From NCBI GenBank assembly GCA_024626585.2, contig JANKJI020000002.1, positions 39,603,933 through 39,624,680 on the forward strand: 20,748 bases of DNA. The letters run 5' to 3'. This document shows positions 10,601 to 20,748 of the stretch, piece after piece. The notes under the pieces were generated by a model. It was not told where the DNA came from and did no database searches. It was given only the letters and a program-made list of their open reading frames with translations. Each line of letters begins with the position of its first letter. Position 1 is the stretch's first letter. The position numbers and the translations under genes were made by a program. The stretch is from Ginkgo biloba (lineage: Eukaryota > Plantae > Ginkgophyta).

Positions 10601-10965
10601 CTGTCCTCTGGATGTGTTGTAATGTACTTCATAATCTGCAATATAAGGCGGCATTGATGTTTGTTCACAGAATCTGCTAGGTTGTTATTTCTGAAGTCTT
10701 CCAATTCTTTAGTCAGAAGCTGCGCACCCCTTGAATACCGTGACCCCAGATGTTGTGCACATAAAAGAACTGCTTGTACATCCTGAAGCCTATTAGTAGC
10801 AGTAGGAGCTGAAGAATCCACACTGAACAAGACTTTATGCATATTTGAAATGATAATGTTCAAAGGATCTTCGGGATCATCTGCCAGGAGGGGGTCCAAA
10901 CCGTCCAGATCAAAATGCTCTGCAAGGGCCCAGATCAAGCGTGCACATATTCTTGGAGTATTGAC
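10601..10965 (-). CDS. TPLATE: Internal exon of TPLATE (TPLATE/TSET endocytic adaptor complex core subunit, adaptin-like solenoid region); 121 codons plus 2 nt
   Basis: Translates without stops as VNTPRICARLIWALAEHFDLDGLDPLLADDPEDPLNIIISNMHKVLF...NRLQDVQAVLLCAQHLGSRYSRGAQLLTKELEDFR...LADSVNKHQCRLILQIMKYITTHPED. This matches the TPLATE segment I recall from angiosperms (VNTPRI..RLIW.IAEHIDLEGLDPLLADDP.DPLNIII.NIHKVLF...NRLQDVQAVLLCAQR). Acceptor is ...aaatgctag|GTC (phase 0) and donor is GAC AG|gtatgc (phase 2). Similarity stops at these junctions. Confidence 0.95.
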
Positions 10966-11005
10966 CTAGCATTTATAGAAGATAATATTACTATATGTTT
11001 ATTAG
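10966..11005 (-). promoter_or_regulatory. 3' splice site (AG at 10967-10966) with candidate branch point CTAAT at 11005-11001
   Basis: Minus strand reads ggCTAATaaacatatagtaatattatcttctataaatgctAG. The YTRAY motif lies about 37 nt upstream of the exon. Confidence 0.7.
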
Positions 11006-13390
11006 CCTTTATCTTTTACTTCACATGGTCAATTAATGATAGAAACTTTATTAAAATATGAGTAACCAACCAATTATATAAAACATGGTAAGTTAAAACA
11101 TGAGGAAGGTCATTTGGCCAAAACTAGAATGAACATGTTAATAATTGGGCATTGAAAAGTTTCAAGTGCTAAGATAATTGTAATGCTATATAATTTTACA
11201 AACAAATTTATTACATATTAACGAAGAAAGACTCACGTAATTAGTCATCCCTCTAAACAGGAAGGGTCTTGGCAATTGCCCGTTGTCTAAAATCATAGAT
11301 ACTTAAAATAATATAGATAACATCATAAAGAAAAATAATAGGTGAATCTTCATCATTAGAAGCATTAAAAATCTTGAAAATGATAGTAGGGAAATGACCC
11401 AGTGTTCTCTTAAAATCCCATATTCATCAATAGGTTGTAGTATCCCCATAAACAACATACTTCTTATTGTCTCTGTGGTTACAGATAATATTACCAATTA
11501 TAGTTTGTTGTTCTAATCGAGANNNNNNNNNNNNNNNNNNNNNNNNNNNNNNNNNNNNNNNNNNNNNNNNNNNNNNNNTACTAGGGCATTAAAACTAACA
11601 TAGTAGTTAAATGATGATTAATCTTCATGTGAATTTTTATGGTGGAAAGGAGACTTCATATGAGGTTATGTTGGAGGCCTCATCACCTTAAAATTTATTA
11701 AGTACGGTGCACATTAGTCGATAATAACTACAACAAAAATTCAAGACAAGGATAACCCCCTTTTGTTTAAAAATTTCATGGTGCTCTTAGGGGATATTGA
11801 TATATCATTATCTTAGTGAGAAGTATACCCTTCAATTCAAGTGGTTGTGGATTCGAAGGAAGCTTCATGATGTAAGTGGAGAATGAAAACAACAAAATTA
11901 TATGTGTAAATCATCATATCAACTATGGCCCCTTGTGCATGATATTGGTTAATTAATTGGTCATTTAGGCTTTATTAGCAAGGGTATAAAATAAAAGATT
12001 AATTATTTTTGTTATGTATTTCTTGCTTTTGAAGGAGCTAATGGATGGTTTAAGAGAAATAATTTTATGAGTATTTGGCACATCGCCTCTCATTTTACAC
12101 TCCATGTAATGCCAACAAAATTATCCCCAGCCAAGAATTGCAGTTCACCGGTCACTTTTGGAGAGAAACATTGATGAGAACAGGCAAATCAATCATCATA
12201 AGTTCTCTGCGTCTAAAAACAAAAGGAAGTAGTCATCAAATGTTTGGAAGGGTACCTTTAACACATTGCATATGATAGCCCCTCAAATCAGGACAAGTGG
12301 TGCTATTTGGCAAGTCACATATACTGCACCTCACCATCCAACAATTACGATGTCTCTATCATGTAAGTCTTGTATGCCTAGACCTTTTACACCAAGCACT
12401 TGGCTTAATATTGAGTCCAACATTAGCAGCAAGTCTGATATTTCTGACATTCTGTGGCTACATGTCAATATTTGTCACGAAATGCTTCCCTTCTAAGATA
12501 TGTACATCTGTGTGTGTGTATGCATGTATAGTCAAGCACAGAATACTCAAATATGACAGTATTACCTAGGCAGGCTTCTTGTAATGGGTGAAGTTCATGA
12601 GAACCATCCAACAGCCTAATGAGAAAGTGGCCATGCACATTTCTANNNNNNNNNNNNNNNNNNNNNNNNNNNNNNNNNNNNNNNNNNNNNNNNNNNNNNN
12701 NNNNNNNNNNNNNNNNNNNNNNNNNNNNNNNNNNNNNNNNNNNNNNNNNNNNNNNNNNNNNNNNNNNNNNNNNNNNNNNNNNNNNNNNNNNNNNNNNNNN
12801 NNNNNNNNNNNNNNNNNNNNNNNNNNNNNNNNNNNNNNNNNNNNNNNNNNNNNNNNNNNNNNNNNNNNNNNNNNNNNNNNNNNNNNNNNNNNNNNNNNNN
12901 NNNNNNNNNNNNNNNNNNNNNNNNNNNNNNNNNNNNNNNNNNNNNNNNNNNNNNNNNNNNNNNNNNNNNNNNNNNNNNNNNNNNNNNNNNNNNNNNNNNN
13001 NNNNNNNNNNNNNNNNNNNNNNNNNNNNNNNNNNNNNNNNNNNNNNNNNNNNNNNNNNNNNNNNNNNNNNNNNNNNNNNNNNNNNNNNNNNNNNNNNNNN
13101 NNNNNNNNNNNNNNNNNNNNNNNNNNNNNNNNNNNNNNNNNNNNNNNNNNNNNNNNNNNNNNNNNNNNNNNNNNNNNNNNNNNNNNNNNNNNNNNNNNNN
13201 NNNNNNNNNNNNNNNNNNNNNNNNNNNNNNNNNNNNNNNNNNNNNNNNNNNNNNNNNNNNNNNNNNNNNNNNNNNNNNNNNNNNNNNNNNNNNNNNNNNN
13301 NNNNNNNNNNNNNNNNNNNNNNNNNNNNNNNNNNNNNNNNNNNNNNNNNNNNNNNNNNNNNNNNNNNNNNNNNNNNNNNNNNNNNNNNNN

Positions 13391-15236
13391 ATTTCCTCCA
13401 TTGCCAGGCTAGAGAAGCCGAAGAAAGCAGTGCACCACAGGATTGGGATATATGGAGCATTGCCAACATATATCCAGTCCAAGGAAAATGGTAGTGGATT
13501 TTCATAAGGGAATTTGTGTGGTGGAATTGGAGGAAATGATCTAGATGACCATGTTGATCAACTCCAGAGAAATCTGGATCAATTTCAGCTTGACATGAGA
13601 GATCAAATGAGCTAGATGATGGCCGCTCTGCAGAGTTAATTGATGGGTAGGGCAAGTGGAGCCAGCACAAGAGGAACAATGACTGGTTCAATGAATGGTC
13701 CTATGTTGGGGCCTCTTGCATATTCCTTTAAGGGAGAAGTGAAAGTAGAGGTTGCATTCTATGATGCAAAGTTGGATGCTGACAAGCTAAAAGATTGGTT
13801 TTGACCACTTGGAGATTACTCTTGTCAGGAATACACCAATCAACAGCAGATAGCTTTTGCAAAGTTGAAAAATGACTGACCAAGCGTTGCTTTGGAGGGC
13901 AAACTTTTGCAAAATGCAGAGGCAGCAAAGGTGGTTGCCAATTACTACTTGGAACAAATTCAAAGGTGTGATTCACAAAAAAATTCATCCACCAATCGAT
14001 GAGAGGGATTTGAGAATCCAATAGCAGTACTTACACCAAAAAGCTGGCCAGAGTGTTCAAGACAACACTAATGAATTCCATCAACTAACAATTAAGTTAA
14101 AATTGTTGNNNNNNNNNNNNNNNNNNNNNNNNNNNNNNNNNNACTATGGTGCATGACGGGTACTGCATATCATACTGCAGAAAGGATTAAAGTCATTTGA
14201 TATTAGAACTCTGGGAGAAGCATACCATAAAGCAATGTTTGTGGAAGAAGAATTAATTTAACCATCCAGCTCTTTGTTCTGATACCTGAAAAGGACAGCC
14301 AACTCAAAGAAGAGCAGAACCTCCTTCAAATGGAAAACAGAAGCAGATTGAAAAAGGTAAATCACTCGAAGGACCTTCTGGGCCTAATAAACAAAATTAG
14401 AGGAATTGACAGGGACCTACATGCAGATATTACAAGTCATAAGGAGAAATGCAGTTGGCAGCTCCACCCCAAAAAGAAGCCTGCAAAGAAGACTATGCAA
14501 TCTAAACCAAAAAAGAAGATCATGCCATACAGTTACCTGCTCAAGCAAATCAACATCTTGCATTGTAAGGGTTAGAGAAAAGTTTGAAGAAGAAAAGGGA
14601 AGAGTTATTCCTTACCAAGATCCAAATCAAGAAGCCATCATTAGCAGCTATATTTGACCCTGGAAGTCAAAAGATTTTCCAGAGTCTTTGGTGCAAGTTT
14701 TTGGTTTGCCACCTTTCCCACATCCTTCTCCTTACTAGTTAGGTTGAATTCATAAAGATGTGAGAAGTTGAGTATTAATTAGCAATTCAGATTCAAAATT
14801 TCAATTACAACATCTTACGTAGATGGGATAGAATGTGATACTGTCCTGTTGGACACGTGGGGTTGATACTGCAAACCCATACCTTTGGGACATAGATGTG
14901 AAATACAGGAGAAAAGCCAATGGATATAGATTGGCAAAGGATAATATAGGGTATTGAATCTAGTCAGGCAAAACATGGAACAAATTTTAAATATATCTGC
15001 AACTCAGGCAAAGAGATTGGCGAATGCTTTTCAAAAGTTTGTATTGCTAATGCTTGAGGCCAACGAGAAAGCTTCAAAGGAGGTGCACATTTCAGCAGCA
15101 CAAAACAAAGAGCAAAACCATCAGTTACAACAGATATTGGACAAATGTTCTAATGTCTTCCAAGAGCCAAGGTTTCTCCCTGAATGGGCAGTCAAGAAGG
15201 AATTCTTTCACCCAGTACACCTTATCAGAGATGTTA
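13391..15236 (+). mobile_element. Decayed CRM-like chromovirus Gag-protease, truncated just before RT
   Basis: Gag reads FKGEVKVEVAFYDAKLDADKLKDWF...QQIAFAKLK..ALLW...ITTWNKFK...QYLHQKAGQSVQD.TNEF, followed by a degenerate knuckle H..KCSWQLHP. Protease reads REELFLTKIQIK...AIFDPGSQK (14650-14673)..PHPSPY*LG*I..YVDGIECD..LD..PYLWD. The linker ISATQAKRL...QILDKCSNVFQEP follows. Confidence 0.9.
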
Positions 15237-15705
15237 CAATGTTAAGACGACCTTCATTCTCCTTCCCGTTGAATGCCAACAACCTCTGCAACTCTACTGG
15301 AGCCATGCTTTGGGATGGTCATTCCCCACTCATACATTGTGGGATTTGTGCAACTTGTGCGCTCTGCCCACTCAACACACTATCTTCATTGATGACTTTC
15401 ATTCTCTTGTGTTTGAAGCCACAAACAAACCCTATGAGTTGTTCAACAAACTTTGCCGAATCAGATTGTTGATATTCTCTCTTTAACCTTTGTTATGCAA
15501 TCACATTGTTTCTTGGTAAGATTAGATTCTATCACATCCTCTCTCAACGAGTCTTGATCTTCAAGTCTTAACCATACGAACAAGCCTTTGACATTTTATG
15601 TGAACNNNNNNNNNNNNNNNNNNNNNNNNNNNNNNNNNNNNNNNNNNNNNNNNNNNNNNNNNNNNNNNNNNNNNNNNNNNNNNNNNNNNNNNNNNNNNNN
15701 NNNNN

Positions 15706-17360
15706 TGTATTCCATTATTTTTCTTATAATATTTTCCTTTATGAGATTGTCCATTCCTTAGGAGTTATACATGTTGTCATAAATTTAATAAATTACCTAA
15801 ATTGATTAGATATAATATCGATTAAAAAAGTGGAGATATAAAAAATCATCATTGGATTTCACATTATCTCTAGTATCCACTCAATAAATGATTCAGTCTA
15901 ACATGTGACTTTCTATGCTTTTCAAAAAAATTAAAAGCTTATTGTTGCAAAAGTATGATCCATCTATTGAATCAAGCTTATCGTATTAGTTTTCTTACCA
16001 TGTAATTTAAATCTTGGTGATCCACATTAAACTCAAAATTATTACCTAATAGGTAATGTATAAATATACACACTAAGTAAATCATTCGTAAATATTATCT
16101 CTCTACTATATAATAGTTCACTTCTACGTTCCTTAGCTTTCTACTCATAAAGTATATTAAGTGACATATTTTTCTAGCTATAGGATACAATAATATAGAT
16201 CCAATTGTAATTTATTAAGCATCAACATGTACATGTAATTTATTCATCCATTTTAAAAATTAGAGAATAAGTGATCAAGTAATTTTTATCTTTAATGAGT
16301 TAAATAAACTCTAATATTCCTCTTTACACACATATGGTTTATAGTTTTTCAATAGTTTTTCTAAAGTGTTAGCAATCTCTATATAACATTTGAAGAAATT
16401 ATAGTAATAACCTATATATTCCAAGAATTTCTTTCCTTGATAAGGATTCATTAAAGGATCCAACTTGAGGATAACTCTAACCTTTTAAATATTTACCAAA
16501 TGGCTTCTTTACACATAATGTGTTTCAATCATTTTTCAAATGGTGTCATCATTTGACATTTTTTAGAATAAAAATAAATAAATGTCTCCCTACATCTTTA
16601 GAGCATTTGTATTTTGAAATGAGTAATATGCTCTTTCATGAACCCATATACTAACCAATAATCCATGTAAATCTCCAAAAAATTGTGTATGAAATCTTTA
16701 AAAATTATTGTAATAATCCTTGAGAATGCTACAAGTGCATTAGTTAATCCAAATTTCATTACCCTATATGCATAATATCCCCATTAAGTTTCAAATGTGG
16801 TCTTTAATTAGTCATTTGGATAAATGTGTTTATGATTATACCTAGAAAACCCATTAGTGAAGGAATAAATCTCCCTTCAAGTACCTTCTCTAAAACTTAT
16901 TTATTGAACGTTGTAAGAAATGGATATTTTTTAGTCGCATTATTCATCTTCATGAAGTTAAGACAAATTGATAATTTACCATTCTTCTTTTTGGTAATAC
17001 CCACTTATTTGTTCAATTAGGTATATACACCCTCCATCCAATAACTTCTCAATTTCTTCCTATTCAACCTTCTTATATTTTAGGTTCATATAATAAATTC
17101 TCTCCCTCACCATATTTTCTCCTTTCTTTAGTTCTATTTTTAACTATCTAATCTGTAGAAAAAATCCTTTTAAGTCTTATACTTGCATGCAAAAAGATTG
17201 ATATATTCTTTGAAAACTTTAAATTCAATTTTGATAGTTGTATTTTATAAATGTCTAAATTATGTTCCATTTTAATAGTTTTATTTTCTATCTTCATTCT
17301 CCTTACTAATCCAAATAACTTAAGATGTCTTGTATGGCTATTAATCTGACCTTTCACTAT
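15706..17360 (-). mobile_element. Very AT-eroded Ty3/gypsy (non-chromovirus) reverse transcriptase and RNase H
   Basis: Minus-strand RT reads KIELKKG...MNLKYK...EEIEKLL.GG.IY, KKNGKLSICLNF.KMNNATKKYPF, YSFTNGFSRYNH...D*LKTTFET*WGYYAYRVMKFGLTNAL..FSRI, and EIYMDYW (16655-16675; YMDD site). RNase H reads HVHVDA (16218-16235)..IYFMSRKL...HYLLG..F..VDHQ.L..RWIILLQ. Confidence 0.92.
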
Positions 17361-17570
17361 CCATACTCATAAGTATTTCTAGAACTTATTTATATTTAAC
17401 TTATTCTTTCATGAAATGTTCTAGAATCAAGTGATCATCTTCTTGAACTACTACCATGATATTTTTCATAGGCATTGCTTTATCAAATATAAATTCTACC
17501 ATTTGTTTCTTCACATTTTAAGTGCTAGAATTTTGTTTATGAAGTATTATGTTCTTGTTCCCCAACGTCA

Positions 17571-18946
17571 TTCTCCACTTGGAAAAAGCTTGGTATGCAC
17601 AACACTCTTCACTTGAAACATGTGAAACCGGAAAAGGCGTGGTATGCACACAATGGAGGATTGATCATCCACTTTTGCCCATCAACAGATAGGTTAGTTC
17701 TTTTGAAGGCAAAAAGAAAACTCTTCACATTGGAAGAAAAGATATATTTGGATGAGAACCTCACAAGATTATAGACTAAGAAGCTTAAGAAAGCACGAGT
17801 ACNNNNNNNNNNNNNNNNNNNNNNNNNNNNNNNNNNNNNNNNNNNNNNNNNNNNNNNNNNNNNNNNNNNNNNNNNNNNNNNNNNNNNNNNNNNNNNNNNN
17901 NNNNNNNNNNNNNNNNNNNNNNNNNNNNNNGTAGAAGGATTTTGTCAATAGCTTTATGGAATTGTAATGGCATGATTTGGTCATCGCCAGGGGTAGATGT
18001 TATCAGAGATAGAGACATCATTCTCATCTCCAACACACATGAAAGTCTAGAATGCCCCTACCCCATATCACAAGTGATTCATGGTTTTCAGAATGTCAAC
18101 ATGAGACACAAGCATCAGGAGGCATTCAAGGCTATGGGGAGCTGCTTGTCTCTTTCAAAAATCACTTGCAGACACATATATCCTTAGTGGCCACTGATGT
18201 TCATTCCAAGTTTTTATGGATATAGCTCAACCAACATCCAGAAGAGAGGAACATCTAAATAGCAGTTCGCTACTTTCCCTAACCTCATCCCAATTTGCCC
18301 TAGATCTAGGGGGAGAATCCCCTTACTTGGACCTTTATCTAGAGATTGCTCACTTCACCACTCAAAGTGAAGTAATACTAGTGGGAGACTTAAATACACA
18401 TACAAGAATGTTGCAAGCCTTGATACATGATGTCTCAAAGGATGACTTGCGTACACATGACTTAGATGTATGGCTTGGACAGGCNNNNNNNNNNNNNNNN
18501 NNNNNNNNNNNNNNNNNNNNNNNNCTCAATGAGTCTCATGAGTTAGTTCTTCTAAATGATCTCTGAAGATTTCTAGATCTAGTCCATTCACCTATTTCGC
18601 CCATGTTGAGGAAGCTAGTGTGGTAGATTATATCCTCACCAACTTGGCTACCTTACACACTATTGCAGTCCTCCACATATCCTCCCACTTGCAAACCACA
18701 TGTTGTTAGCCTTTACACTCCTCAACCTCCTACCCAAGGATAGTTCTCCTCGCTACTGCCCACCTTCCTACCTCCATAAACTTTGACCAGGCACATGATG
18801 AAGAATATTGGTTCCACATAGCCCATATTTTGCCAAATCTACCCTTAGTTGAAGAGAAGGCATATATACTTACCCAATCACCTTGGGATGCAGCCTTAAA
18901 ATCATTCCCAAATTCAACACATAACCTTGTCCCTCTTGCTGCTTCT
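17571..18946 (+). mobile_element. 5'-truncated non-L1 LINE (RTEX/CR1-like): ORF1 C-terminal part and ORF2 APE endonuclease
   Basis: ORF1 reads LIIHF..STDRLVLLKAKRKL....KIYLDENLT (about 17661-17765). ORF2 from 17942 reads IALWNCNG, DIILISNTHE, GG.ACL, FLWI, EVILVGDLNTHT, LVLLND...FTYF.....SVVDYIL, which are APE-type endonuclease motifs. It is frameshifted. Confidence 0.88.
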
Positions 18947-19046
18947 NNNNNNNNNNNNNNNNNNNNNNNNNNNNNNNNNNNNNNNNNNNNNNNNNNNNNN
19001 NNNNNNNNNNNNNNNNNNNNNNNNNNNNNNNNNNNNNNNNNNNNNN

Positions 19047-19910
19047 TCATCCACAATTACATAGTGTCCTAGGGCTTGTCGAATGATCTCCTCTACAATT
19101 TGGTCATCATTGTCTCTTAGACTAATGGGTTGTCTTTGTGCATCAAGAAGGCCAACTATCGTCTGCCTCACTCGTGTTTGTCTCTCCTACTAAGGTCGTT
19201 GTGTCTTTCCCTAAGAAGTTGGTGATAAGTCTCTCTCTCCTGGGTTTGGGTCTAGGGGTCCTATAGGATTGCTCCTAATATGCCTAGTGGTATCTCCTCG
19301 TGCACCGTAACGGAGGATGGTGAGCAATCATGGTCCCTAGACAGCGCCCAATATCTCGTTGGGTGCATGGTGTGTCCACGAGGCACTTCCACCCTACTAC
19401 TAGAATTGTTGGTGGAAAGAAAGAACCAATCATCTAGACTCGATTGCTCTGTGGCATGGTTCCCCCTAGGGGGCTAAATCTAGAAAGAAAATTTTCTCTA
19501 AGGAATAAAGCTACACACCACTGATTTGTGTAAGGAATGAAAGTGGAGAGCAAATCCCTTGTGTCCCTAAAGAGGCAATAGTATCTCCCTCGAATCTCGT
19601 AAAAAGCAAGACATCTAAAGAGAAAATGCTCTTCCATCCATCTCTACCTCCAACGAGCAAAGCCTATAAATGCGTTAGTATCTAGGCTTATGGTATTCAA
19701 CTTCTACATGTAGTTGATAGGAGCAAACTCTAAACTAGACAATTGGAAATCGCATGCCATGCAACATGTGTAGGCACAAGTACCCTAGTGGATCAATGTA
19801 GGCCTCCAATAACTGGAGAAAGTGCTAAAAGTAGAAGGCCATTTTGGGACTAAGAGGTGTAGGTGATCAAGAATAAATGCTCCTCCATCAACACTTTGTT
19901 TTGCTTAAAT
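19047..19910 (-). mobile_element. 3' fragment of the same type of LINE (ORF2 C-terminal zinc-finger region and tail)
   Basis: Minus strand reads PKMAFY..HFL...IV*FRVCSYQLHVEV..KPRY*RIYRLCSLEVEM/EEHFLFRCLAFYEIRGRYYCLF, corresponding to the RxSxHxLxIE...RxCxxC..ExExHFxxxCxxYxxxR terminus. A 4-bp ATGG duplication causes the frameshift. Confidence 0.85.
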
Positions 19911-20748
19911 AGGAAAATGGGTGATACAAGGCCTTCTTAGATTTTGGCTTTTCACTTATCCCTTTATCTCTCGGGATTCCAAAGTCTTTTTTATATACAT
20001 TTTCTTCCTTTCCACTTGTACATATGACTTCTCTCCTCAAAATTAGTCTTCAGTTGGAGGTACATGGTTTGAACCAAGTTCAACGACGAGTTTAGAACCT
20101 TCTTCAACTTGTATCTTATTTGTAATACACTCAAGTTTGCATTTCTATTTATTTTCTTTGTGTTGTAACACGGTTTCTGCCTTCTCTCTATGCTTTGGCA
20201 GTTTTATGCTAGTAAGAAAACAAATCTAACACAATTCTGTAAATCTGAAGGCGTTGCTGTCAAATGATTGAATAAGGTTATGGCTGGGCATTTTGAGTTA
20301 GAATGGAAGGCTTAGTAATGGATGATTGCAAAAGGAATGCTCCAACGCAATTAGATCCTATTTATGGCTAGTGATAATGGTAGAAAAGAGAGAATAAGAA
20401 CCCAGTACCAGTGATTTGTAATACTAATCATATGGTGAAAAGAATGGAAGTGCCACTAGTGAATATGGCAAGTGAAACAATGGAGACCAACTACTTGTTG
20501 AGCACAATGGCAATTGGAGATTAATAGGCAATGACAAAGATGATGTCTACATGGAACCAATTCAAGGATGAGTACAAGAATATAATGAGTCACGAGTTTA
20601 ACAGCAATTTAGTGGCATCTTACCGGACATATTTAATATGTACTACTATACTACTATATTATAAACTCTAAGGCAATAGATGCTCGAGTAAGAAATGGGT
20701 AGTAGGCAGAAGGTAGATATGTATGGAAAAACAGAATGATCAATGGAA

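Noticed and set aside
10504-10938. ORF-track 144-aa ORF as a complete gene
   Set aside because: It starts at an internal TTG and reads through the splice donor into intron (YAAAVYPNF...). The real unit is the exon at 10601-10965.
11240-11500. Minus-strand frames near the exon as an additional TPLATE exon
   Set aside because: There is no similarity to the TPLATE sequence expected upstream and no recognisable motif.
12580-12645. TGTAATGGG... as the 5' LTR start of the downstream CRM Gag
   Set aside because: Plausible, but only 66 nt are visible before a 745-N gap, and no PBS or LTR end can be seen.
12465-13691. Long ORFs of 270-408 aa, and other X-containing ORFs
   Set aside because: These are artefacts of translating through N runs.
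4926-15236. CRM Gag-protease (13391-15236) and CRM integrase-LTR (4926-7955) as one element that captured the TPLATE exon
   Set aside because: The domain order is reversed and they lie on opposite sides of the exon with other TEs between them. Independent insertions are simpler, although scaffold misordering cannot be excluded.
15706-17360. Endogenous caulimovirid suggested by an AT-rich RT
   Set aside because: The motifs (KKNGKL.IC, GFS.YN, KTTF.T.WG, HVDA, HYLLG) are Ty3/gypsy-type, and no movement or coat protein is seen.
17571-19910. One LINE with a twin-priming 5' inversion
   Set aside because: The inverted part should lie at the 5' side of the tail-bearing segment. Here the pieces are tail-to-tail.
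1-20748. CRISPR arrays, tRNA/rRNA genes or prokaryotic-type systems
   Set aside because: No regularly spaced repeats or structural RNA genes were seen, and the sequence is eukaryotic intron/TE DNA.

Overview
Plant nuclear draft-assembly DNA with many N gaps; five are exactly 100 N and are probably unknown-size scaffold gaps. The only host coding sequence I can find is one 365-nt internal exon of TPLATE, the core subunit of the plant TPLATE/TSET endocytic adaptor complex, at 10601-10965 on the minus strand with canonical AG/GT ends. No neighbouring TPLATE exon is visible in about 10 kb on either side, so the rest of the window appears to be two very long introns. That architecture fits a gymnosperm-type or fern-type large genome (inference). 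The introns hold decayed transposons: three non-chromovirus (Athila/Tat/Phygy-like) Ty3/gypsy fragments, two CRM-type chromovirus fragments (one with integrase, chromodomain and a 3' LTR), two convergent pieces of a non-L1 RTEX/CR1-like LINE, and a small GC-rich TIR element. I see no intact novel gene system. The best leads are an unassigned ~250-codon reading frame between PBS and Gag, the RTEX-like LINE family in a land plant, a four-knuckle Gag, and a fold-back MITE carrying an inverted ACCGAC pair. All protein assignments come from manual translation and motif recognition, not from database searches.
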